Shown here piece after piece: positions 1-10,509 of a stretch of 64,000 nt of DNA. A program made the position numbers and the translations under genes. Origin of the DNA: Schizochytrium sp. TIO01 (taxonomy: Eukaryota > Protista > Bigyra: Labyrinthulomycetes); NCBI GenBank assembly GCA_004764695.1, contig SMSO01000006.1, positions 1,627,859-1,691,858 of the forward strand, written 5' to 3'. Numbering within the stretch: position 1 is the first letter of the stretch; each line of letters starts with the position of its first letter. The notes under the pieces are model-generated. The model was not told the DNA's origin, ran no database searches, and saw only the letters and a list, made by a program, of their open reading frames with translations.

Positions 1-3000
1 AGCTTCATTTGAGCAAAGTGACTTTGAATTGACGGCGCTATGAATTCCTTAAGCAAGGTAATGCCTTCTTCTTTATCTCTAGCAAGGCTAGTACGCTTGT
101 TGGAGACCCCCTTAGCCAGTTGCATCACATCGGAAAAGCTTCCCGTGGCAATTTCCAGCAGTTCCCTGAATGAATGATAACACGAAGTATGAGTATTGAG
201 CGAGTTAGGGCCCTATTGCACGAATGAATTTAAACCCATCGACTAACAAAGGATAATTGGACTAACGCACGCATATCCTACACTATCAACTTACTCCGAT
301 TCAACCAAAGAAGTCTTTGCCGAGGTATATGGGGCCGTGTCTATAGAATCACTATTCTCTTCAGAAGAGCACACTTCGGTGAACAATTCTTCAGGGGTGA
401 GTGTTCCATAGTCGTATCTACATTATATCACTCAAACAACCAGAAAAAAACTGTTAGAGTATTGATCCACGTTACTCCCAATAGAACGAAGAAAAACTGA
501 AACGTGTTCCCGAGGCTAAGAACAACAGTATAATTAAACAAAACTTACTCGATTTGAACTGACGGGCATGCTTTGTACAGCACCTTCGCAAGGGCCTCCC
601 AGCCCTCATCGTCAATGGGGTTACAAGCAAGACTGTGTAGTTGCCATTTGATACGTTTTCAGGACAATGTCAGTTGTGTTGTGTCAATCTAAATTCTCAA
701 TTCTCAGCTGCACGATATCTCTCAGCATGTTGCCTGGCCTACATCTTCAGCATTTGCTCATCACTTTCACGTTTGCATTCTCCAGTGAGTATCCCCATAC
801 GTTTCGATTGTGAGTCATTGCACTTGCCATGCGCTGTTGCAGTGCTTCATATCGTTGTTCTCAATGCAGTAAGCAGTGTATTCTCATCAATGTAACGTAC
901 TCCAATGTTGTCAGGTTCTTGCAATGCTCCAGACCTTTGGCCAGTGCCTGACAACCTTCCCCGCTAATGTTGTTACGAGAAAGACTGTGTAGTTGCTTGC
1001 CATTGGATACGTTTTCAGCACAATGTCAGTTGTGTTGTGTCAATCTAAATTCTCAATTCTCAGCTGCACGATATCTCTCAGCATGTTGCCTGGCCTACAT
1101 CTTCAGCATTTGCTCATCACTTTGACGTTTGCATTCTCCAGTGAGTATCCCCATACGTTTCGATTGTGAGTCATTGCACTTGCCATGCGCTGTTGCAGTG
1201 CTTCATATCGTTGTTCTCAATGCAGTAAGCAGTGTATTCTCATCGCTGAAACGTACTGCAATATTGTCAGGTTCTTGCAATGCTCCAGACCTTTGGCAAG
1301 GGCCTTCCAGCCTTCATCGTCAATGCTGTTAGAAGAAAGACTGTGTAGTTGCCATTTGATACGTTTTCAGCATAATGTCAGTTGCGTTGTGTCAATCTAA
1401 ATTATCAATTCTTGACTGAACGATTTCACCTCAGCATGTTGCCGGGCCTGCATCTTCAGGATTTGCTCAACCCTTTGACTTTTGCATTTTCTAGTGACTA
1501 TGCCGATACTTTTGGATTGCGAGTCATTGGGCTTCCCAGGCGCTGTTGCTGTCCTTCATACCGTTGTTGTCTACATAATGAACAGTGTACTCTCCTCGAT
1601 GAAACGTACTCCAATATTGTCAGGTTCTTACAATGCTCTAGACCTTTGGCAAGAGCCTTCCAGCCTCCATCGTCGATGCAGACAATGCAAAGCCTATGTA
1701 GTTGCCATTTGATACGTTTTCAGCACAATGTCAGTTGCGTTGAGTCAACATAAATTCTCAATTCTCAGCTGCATGATATCACCTCAGCATGTTGCCTGGC
1801 CTGCATCTTCAGCATTTGCTCATCACTTTGACGTTTGCATTCTGTAGTGACTATGCCGATACTTTTCGATTGCGAGTCATTGCACTTGCCATGCGCTGTT
1901 GCAATGCTTCATATCGTTGTTCTCCATGTAGTAAGCAGTGTATTCTCATCAATGAAACGTACTCCAGCGTTGTCAGGTTCTGGCAATGCTCCAGACCTTT
2001 GGCCAGTGCCTGACAACCTTCCCCGCTAATGTTGCTACGATAAAGACTGTGTAGTTGCTTGCCATTTGATACGTTTTCAGCACAATGTCAGTTGAGTTGT
2101 GTCAACCTAAATTCTTAATTCTCAGCTGCACGATTTCACCTCAGCATGTTGCCGGGCCTGCATCTTCAGCATTTGCTCAGCGCTTTGACGTTTGCATTTT
2201 CTAGTGACTATGCCGCTACGTTTCGATTGTGAGTCATTGCACTTGCCATGCGCTGTTGCAGTGCTTCATAGCGTTGTTCTCCATGTAGTAAGCAGTGTAT
2301 TCTCATCAATAAAACATACTCCAATGTTGTTAGGTTCTGGCAATGCTCCAGACTTTTGGCCAGTGCCTGACAACCTTCCGCGCCAATGCGGTTAGAAGAA
2401 AGACTGTGTAGTTGCTTGCCATTTGATACGTTTTTAGCACAATGTCAGTTGTGTTGTGTCAATCTAAATTCTCAATTCTCAGCTGCACGATTTCACCTCA
2501 GCATGTTGCCTGGCCTGCATCTTCAGCATTTGCTCATCACTTTGACGTTTGCATTCTCCAGTGAGTATCCCCATACGTTTCGATTGTGAGTCATTGCACT
2601 TGCCATGCGCTGTTGCAGTGCTTCATATCGTTGTTCTCCATGTAGTAAGCAGTGTATTCTCATCAATGAAACGTACTCCAATGTTGTCAGGTTCTGGCAA
2701 TGCTCCAGACCTTTGGCCAGTGCCTGACAACCTTCCGCACCAATCTCGTTGTAAGAAAGACTGTGTAGTTGGTTGCCATTTGATACGTTTTCAGCACAAT
2801 GTCAGTTGTGTTGTGTCAATCTAAATTATCAATTCTCAGCTGCACGATTTCACCTCAGCATGTTGCCGGGCCTGCATCTTCAGCATTTGCTCATCACTTT
2901 GACGTTTGCATTCTCCAGTGAGTATCCCCATACGTTTCGATTGTGAGTCATTGCACTTGCCATGCGCTGTTGCAGTGCTTCATAGCGTTGTTCTCCATGT

Positions 3001-6000
3001 AGTAAGCAGTGTATTCTCATCAATGAAACGTACTCCAATGTTGTCAGGTTCTGGCAATGCTCCAGACCTTTGGCCAGTGCCTGACAACCTTCCGCGCCAA
3101 TCTTGTTGCTAGGAAGACTGTGTAGTTGCTTGCAATTTGATACGTTTTCAGCACAATGTCAGTTGAGTTGTGTCAACCTAAATTCTCAATTCTCAGCTGC
3201 ACGATATCTCTCAGCATGTTGTCTGGCCTGCATCTTCAGCATTTGCTCATCACTTTGACGTTTGCATTCTCCAGTGAGTATCCCCATACGTTTCGATTGT
3301 GAGTCATTGCACTTGCCATGCGCTGTTGCAGTGCTTCATATCGTTGTTCTCCATGTAGTAAGCAGTGTATTCTCATCAATGAAACGTACTTCAATGTTGT
3401 CAGGTTCTGGCAATGCTCCAGACCTTTGCCCAGTGCCTGACAACCTTCCGCACCAATCTCGTTGTAAGAAAGACTGTGCCGTTGGTTGCCATTTGATACA
3501 TTTTCAGCACAATGTCAGTTGTGTTGTGTCAATCTAAATTCTCAATTCTCAGCTGCACGATTTCATCTCAGCATGTTGCCTGGCCTGCATCTTCAACATT
3601 TGCTCATCACTTTGACGTTTGCATTCTCTAGTGAGTATCCCCATACGTTTCGATTGTGAGTCATTGCACTCGCCATGCGCTGTTGCAGTGCTTCATATCG
3701 TTGTTCTCCATGTAGTAAGCAGTGTATTCTCATCAATGAAACGTACTCCAGCGTTGTCAGGTTCTTGCAATGCTCCAGACTTTTGGCCAGTGCCTGACAA
3801 CCTTCCACGCTAATGTTGCTACGGAAAAGACTGTGTAGTTGCTTGCCATTTGATACGTTTTCAGCACAATGTCAGTTGTGTTGTGTCAACCTAAATTCTC
3901 AATTCTCAGCTGCACGATATCTCTCAGCATGTTCCCTGGCCTACATCTTCAGCATTTGCTCATCATTTTGACGTTTGCATTCTCTAGTGAGTATCCCCAT
4001 ACGTTTCGATTGTGAGTCATTGCACTTGCCATGCGCTGTTGCAGTGCTTCATATCGTTGTTTTCAATGCAGTAAGCAGTGTATTCTCATCAATGTAACGT
4101 ACTTCAATGTTGCCAGGTTCTTGCAATGCTCCAGACCTTTGCCCAGTGCCTGACAACCTTCCCCGCTAATGTTGCTACGAGAAAGACTGTGTAGTTGCTT
4201 GCCATTTGATACGTTTTCAGCACAATGTCAGTTGTGTTGTGTCAACCTAAATTCTCAATTCTCAGCTGCACGATATCTCTCAGCATGTTCCCTGGCCTAC
4301 ATCTTCAGCATTTGCTCATCACTTTGACATTTGCATTCTCCAGTGAGTATCCCCATACGTTTCGATTGTGAGTCATTGCACTTGCCATGCGCTGTTGCAG
4401 TGCTTCATATCGTTGTTCTCAATGCAGTAAGCAGTGTATTCTCATCAATGAAACGTACTTCAATGTTGTCAGATTCTGGCAATGCTCCAGACTTTTGGCC
4501 AGTGCCTGACAACCTCTCGCGCCAATGTGGTTAGAAGAAAGACTGTGTAGTTGCTTGCCATTGGATACGTTTTCAGCATAATGTCAGTTGTGTTGTGTCA
4601 ATCTAAATTCTCAATTCTCAGCTGCACGATTTCACCTCAGCATGTTGCCTGCATCTTCAGCATTTGCTCATCACTTTGACGTTTGCATTCTCTAGTGACT
4701 ATGCCGATACTTTTTGATTGCGAGTCATGGCACTTGCCATGCGCTGTTGCAGTGCTTCATATCGTTGTTCTCCATGTAGCAAGCAGTGTATTCTCATCAA
4801 TGAAACGTACTCCAGCGTTGTCAGGTTCTGGCAATGCTCCAGACCTTTGGCAAGGGCCTTCCAGCCTTCCTCGTCAATGCGGTTAGAAGAAAGACTGTGT
4901 AGTTGCTTGCCATTTCATACGTTTTTAGCATAATGTCAGTTGCGTTGTGTCAATCTAAATTATCAATTTTTGACTGAACGATTTCACCTCAGCATGTTGC
5001 CGGGCCTGCATCTTCAGCATTTGCTCACCACTTTGACGTTTGCATTCTCCAGTGAGTATCCCCATACGTTTCGATTGTGAGTCATTGCACTTGCCATGCG
5101 CTGTTGCAGTGCTTCATACCGTTGTTCTCCATGTAGCAAGCAGTGTATTCTCATCAATGAAACGTACTACAGCGTTGTCAGGTTCTGGCAATGCTCCAGA
5201 CCTTTGGCAAGGGCCTTCCAGCCTTTCTTGTCAATCCCGTTAGAAGAAAGACTGTGTAGTTGCTTGCCATTTGATACGTTTTCAGCACAATGTCAGTTGA
5301 GTTGTGTCAATCTAAATTCTCAATTCTCAGCTGCACGATTTCACCTCAGCATGTTGCCTGCATCTTCAGCATTTACTCATCACTTTGACGTTTGCATTCT
5401 CTAGTGACTATGCGGATACGTTTCGATTGCGAGTCATTTCAGTTGCCATGCGCTGTTGCAGTGCTTCATATCGTTGTTTTCAATGCAGTAAGCAGTGTAT
5501 TCTCATCAATGTAACGTACTTCAATGTTGCCAGGTTCTTGCAATGCTCCAGACCTTTGCCCAGTGCCTGACAACCTTCCCCGCTAATGTTGCTACGGAAA
5601 AGACTGTGTAGTTGCTTGCCATTTGATACATTTTCAGCACAATGTCAGTTGTGTTGTGTCAACCTAAATTCTCAATTCTCAGCTGCACGATATCTCTCAG
5701 CATGTTCCCTGGCCTACATCTTCAACATTTGCTCATCACTTTCACGTTTGCATTCTCCAGTGAGTATCCCCATACGTTTCGATTGTGAGTCATTGCACTT
5801 GCCATGCGCTGTTGCAGTGCTTCATAGCGTTGTTCTCCATGTAGCAAGCAGTGTATTCTCATCAATGAAACGTACTTCAGCGTTGTCAGGTTCTGGCAAT
5901 GCTCCAGACCTTTGGCAAGGGCCTTCCAGCCTTCCTTGTCAATCCCGTTAGAAGAAAGACTGTGTAGTTGCTTGCCATTTCATACGTTTTCAGCACAATG

Positions 6001-8993
6001 TCAGTTGTGTTGTGTCAATCTAAATTCTCAATTCTCAGCTGCACGATATCTCTCAGCATGTTGCCTGGCCTGCATCTTCAGCATTTGCTCATCACTTTGA
6101 CGTTTGCATTTTCTAGTGACTATGCCGATACGTTTCGATTGTGAGGCATTGCACTTGCCATGCGCTGTTGCAGTGCTTCATAGCGTTGTTCTCCATGTAG
6201 TAAGCAGTGTATTCTCATCAATGAAACGTACTTCAATGTTGTCAGGTTCTGGCAATGCTCCAGACTTTTGGCCAGTGCCTGACAACCTTCCTCGCGAATC
6301 CCGTTGTAAGAAAGACTGTGTAGTTGCTTGCCATTTGATACATTTTCAGCACAATGTCAGTTGTGTTGTGTCAATCTAAATTCTCAATTCTCAGCTGCAC
6401 GATTTCACCTCAGCATGTTGCCTGGCCTGCATCTTCAGCATTTGCTCATCACTTTGACGTTTGCATTCTCCAGTGAGTATCCCCATACGTTTCGATTGTG
6501 AGTCATTGCACTTGCCATGCGCTGTTGCAGTGCTTCATAGCGTTGTTCTCCATGTAGTAAGCAGTGTATTCTCATCAATGTAACGTACTCCAATGTTGTC
6601 AGGTTCTTGCAATGCTCCAGACCTTTGGCCAGTGCCTGACAACCTTCCCCGCTAATGTTGTTACGAGAAAGACTGTGTAGTTGCTTGCCATTGGATACGT
6701 TTTCAGCACAATGTCAGTTGTGTTGTGTCAATCTAAATTCTCAATTCTCAGCTGCACGATATCTCTCAGCATGTTGCCTGGCCTACATCTTCAGCATTTG
6801 CTCATCACTTTCACGTTTGCATTCTCCAGTGAGTATCCCCATACGTTTCGATTGTGAGTCATTGCACTTGCCATGCGCTGTTGCAGTGCTTCATAGCGTT
6901 GTTCTCCATGTAGTAAGCAGTGTATTCTCATCAATGAAACGTACTTCAGCGTTGTCAGGTTCTGGCAATGCTCCAGACTTTTGGCCAGTGCCTGACAACC
7001 TTCCGCACCAATCCCGTTGTAAGAAAGACTGTGTAGTTGGTTGCCATTTGATACATTTTCAGCACAATGTCAGTTGTGTTGTGTCAATCTAAATTCTCAA
7101 TTCTCAGCTGCACGATTGCACCTCAGCATGTTGCCTGGCCTGCATCTTCAGCATTTGCTCATCACTTTGACGTTTGCATTCTCCAGTGAGTATCCCCATA
7201 CGTTTCGATTGTGAGTCATTGCACTTGCCATGCGCTGTTGCAGTGCTTCATAGCGTTGTTCTCCATGTAGTAAGCAGTGTATTCTCATCAATGAAACGTA
7301 CTCCAGCGTTGTCAGGTTCTGGCAATGCTCCAGACTTTTGGCCAGTGCCTGACAACCTTCCGCACCAATCCCGTTGTAAGAAAGACTGTGTAGTTGGTTG
7401 CCATTTGATACATTTTCAGCACAATGTCAGTTGTGTTGTGTCAATCTAAATTCTCAATTCTTAGCTGCACGATTGCACCTCAGCATGTTGCCGGGCCTGC
7501 ATCTTCAGCATTTGCTCATCACTTTGACGTTTGCATTCTGTAGTGACTATGCCGATACTTTTCGATTGCGAGTCATTGCACTTGCCATGCGCTGTTGCAG
7601 TGCTTCATATCGTTGTTCTCCATGTAGTAAGCAGTGTATTCTCATCAATGAAACGTACTCCAGCGTTGTCAGGTTCTGGCAATGCTCCAGACCTTTGGCA
7701 AGGGCCTTCCAGCCTTCCTCGTCAATCTCGTTGTTAGAAAGACTGTGTAGTTGCTTGCCATTTCATACGTTTTTAGCATAATGTCAGTTGCGTTGTGTCA
7801 ATCTAAATTATCAATTCTTGACTGAACGATTTCACCTCAGCATGTTGCCGGGCCTGCATCTTCAGCATTTGCTCACCACTTTGACGTTTGCATTCTCTAG
7901 TGAGCGTGCCGATACGTTTCGATTGTGAGTCATTGCACTTGCCATGCGCTGTTGCAGTGCTTCATAGCGTTGTTCTCCATGTAGTAAGCAGTGTATTCTC
8001 ATCAATAAAACGTACTCCAGCGTTGTCAGGTTCTGGCAATGCTCCAGACTTTGGGCCAGTGCCTGACAACCTTCCGCGCCAATGCGGTTAGAAGAAAGAC
8101 TGTGTAGTTGCCATTTGATACGTTTATAACACAAAGTTAGTTAATAAGCGTCCATCGATGTTGCCTTTAGAACGATACTGTACAAAAGTTCTTTTATAAT
8201 TTCGACGCATTGATTCGATGTCGAATATGGACTCTTTCACTCTATATTCTAAGTAGTTAGCCGCATTTTATTACTTGGCGCCTCAGTTTGGAAGAGTTCT
8301 ACGTGTTCACTTCAATTTCGGTACTTGCTACTCAACAGAATCAAAGGTTAATTTTTGTAAGTGAAACGTACTCCAATGTTATCAGGTTTTCGCAGCCGTT
8401 TAGTATCTTAGCAAAGCTCTCGGAAGTATTGGCCGCAATATTTGGAATGCATCTGTCAATCTTTGACCAATGAAGACTGTGTGCGCGTCATGATATTGGT
8501 AGTCGAGACAAGTTAGTAGGGAGGTGTCCACTCCAATCAATCATGCATCACCGTAGCTGTATTACCATTCTCTTCTCAGATAGATAACCCTTACTTCAAT
8601 TTAGGATTCTTCCCTCCGCAATAGCCCTTCCCTCTGTGCATGCACATTTTCTCTTCATTTCAACCCTCTTTACTCTCCAAGCCATGACCAATGCAGTTTT
8701 CGATCGTGAAACGTACTCCAATATATTCAGGCCTTTGAATCCCCCCAGTGCCTTAGCGAGATCCTCGGAACCAGAACCGTTTTTCTTCAACTCGATCCTG
8801 CGTTTGTTATACCTTCGTTAGTAAAACTATGACCTAAATTTTAGAAAAAGTAGAACCTGAAACAATTCAAACACAGATTTCGTGTAGCCTCGTCATATCT
8901 GCTTTTCTTACTTTCGTGCACTTACCATACATTCGCTTGATATGGTGCTGGTATTCCTGTACTTCTTCTAGCCGTCTGTTTAGTCCTAGCCAT
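1..8993 (-). CDS. Multi-exon LRR protein with N-terminal histone H3-like tail; 27 predicted exons in window (about 796 aa), 3' end beyond left edge
   Basis: Exons in transcription order: 8926-8993 (ATG; MARTKQTARRSTGIPAPYQANV-W), 8717-8797 (IELKKNGSGSEDLAKALGGFKGLNIL-D), 8372-8476 (LHWSKIDRCIPNIAANTSESFAKILNGCENLITL-D). Then 84-nt exons with lower coordinates 8016, 7659, 7302, 6945, 6589, 6232, 5876, 5520, 5168, 4811, 4459, 4103, 3747, 3390, 3034, 2677, 2320, 1963, 1610, 1257, 901, 549. Then 295-417 and <1-165. Internal exons are bounded by YAG acceptors and GTACGT/GTATGT/GTAAGT donors, all introns are phase 2, and the joined frame has no stop. Consensus DLSxNxIxxEGCQALAKGLEHCQNLTTL is a 28-aa RI-like LRR. 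Confidence 0.88.
549..8130 (-). repeat. Tandem array of exon+intron units (period 352-357 bp; 22 exons, 21 homogenised introns)
   Basis: Exon start-to-start spacings read directly from the sequence are 352-357 bp. Introns are near-identical, and all length differences fall in introns. Confidence 0.97.
8926..8993 (-). CDS. First coding exon of the LRR gene: histone H3 N-terminal tail mimic
   Basis: ATG GCT AGG ACT AAA CAG ACG GCT AGA AGA AGT ACA GGA ATA CCA GCA CCA... then TG|GTAAGT. In-frame TAA five codons upstream (9006-9008). The 68 nt length gives phase 2, matching the next exon. The intron has an ACTAAC branch site and CAG acceptor (8798-8800). Confidence 0.8.
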
Positions 8994-10509
8994 CGTGCCG
9001 CAGAGTTAGCTTCGAATAGTTTCCTGCAAGTTTTGCTGGCTGTAGCCACTTTGCGGTGTTCTGCAAACTGGTTGAGAAGAACTGCGCGTAGTTGCTCGCT
9101 CGCTCGCAGGAAGGACAGCACTTCCTGAGTGCACGCCCTTGTCGAAGTTTCGTATTTGGTTTTTGTATCGTTGCGCTGCGCTGCTGCTTTCCAACGATTG
9201 AGGTTTCGCACAATCTTTTGTCAAACCTTTCTACTATGTAAATCTTACAGGGTGGTCAGTTCCAACCGATAGTTGGGTTTGAAGTTTTTAGTTCTGGTTA
9301 TTGTAATTAGTAGTATTAATATTTTACTTATAACGGATTAAAAAATGAAAAATTAAAGGGAAAAAGGTCATAGGAGTATTAATGTTCAATTACAGCAACT
9401 TGACATGAATTGTGGAAAATCTGCTTCAAAGATCAAGCTGGTTCGAGTAGTGTTCTCCGAGGTATAATATTTGAAAGGGCCATAGAGCTCCGTGGCATTC
9501 TTGTCCAGCTTGTGAAGAATGTTCAGTCACGCAATTTCTAAATAGCCCGTGTGTAGGATATTATGTAAGCGCTCACAGGAACACGTGTGTGGTGTATCTG
9601 GTCATTATGTAAAATAGTTGGAGGGAGGGATTCTATTGCTACTGCTAAATATTTTATCATCTAACGTAAGAAAGGAAAAGTTGACAAGATATTATTGGAT
9701 TGTAGTCGAGGCATTTTCTTCAAGTTGGGCCTATTTTGTTCAATAGAGTACCAGAAATTAAAATGGTGATGGCAGTCTTGAGGTCAAGAAGGCGTCGCAT
9801 TGCGAGTGAATCATCTTTGTTGTGCCTTGGTGGTTGGCATGGATGATTCCTGGAAAGCTGTAGAGAGTATTCAATGATTAATTATCTACAATGAAGTACT
9901 AACATCATCTCTGATGGCTCATATTATGTTTTGAAGATTGGCATGCGAGTGTCGCAGTCAAACCCGTGAAGTCTTCAATGCTAGAGAAGGCAGTCTCCTC
10001 CTAATCATCCTTCCAAGGATAAGTTGCGCAACCCATTTTATTCGGTCTATTTAGTGTCCTAATTGACTGCAATTCTACTCAGAAATATACTTTTCTTTAC
10101 TAGAATGCAGCCTACAACACAACGTCTCATATCTTACCTTCACGTAACTATTCCAATGTGAGGAGGTATTTGTTGGCCCAAGTTGATCTCAGTGGCTTGC
10201 ATTGCCTCTCGATGCTACATGACGATCAATGGTTGTTTCGCATTGCATTTCTCTACTATAAATCATCGTCCAGAACCAAATAAAACTCGAGGCAATGCTT
10301 CCGCTACTCCTATGTGCCTCCTATACAAAACATTAGTAGTTGCATTGCAGTACATTGCATCGCCGTCCATGAAATCAGTAAATCGATGAACAAGAAATCA
10401 GACAAAAGCAAGGATAAGTAGCAAAGCGCCTCCATCGACGAGTGTTATCGTCGACGTGGGATTTGGTATAGCTCGTTCGGGCCATCGGCCTGCTAATACT
10501 GCAAATAGC

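Noticed and set aside
1019-1040. CACAATG / short cacaa...ttgtg hairpin in each intron as a recombination-signal-like site
   Set aside because: Too short, no nonamer or spacer rule, and it lies beside the probable CTGAC branch point. No recombinase is present in the window.
549-8130. Array as CRISPR, satellite or centromeric DNA
   Set aside because: Units are about 356 bp with no unique spacers and no cas genes, and each carries a splice-bounded, frame-preserving LRR exon.
641-8134. Dozens of short plus-strand ORFs (MHSPVSIPIRFDCES...) in the tandem array
   Set aside because: Mostly non-ATG starts, frequent stops and indels between units. They are antisense shadows of the minus-strand exon/intron units.
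8717-8993. A true histone H3 or CenH3 gene
   Set aside because: Similarity stops after about residue 17; no histone-fold sequence follows in the spliced product.
8867-9211. Track ORF MRNLNRWK... as first exon of the LRR gene
   Set aside because: GTG start. At the strong GTAAGT donor it is phase 1 and incompatible with exon 2; it only fits using a weaker GTATGG donor. Kept as the alternative that would refute the H3-tail model.
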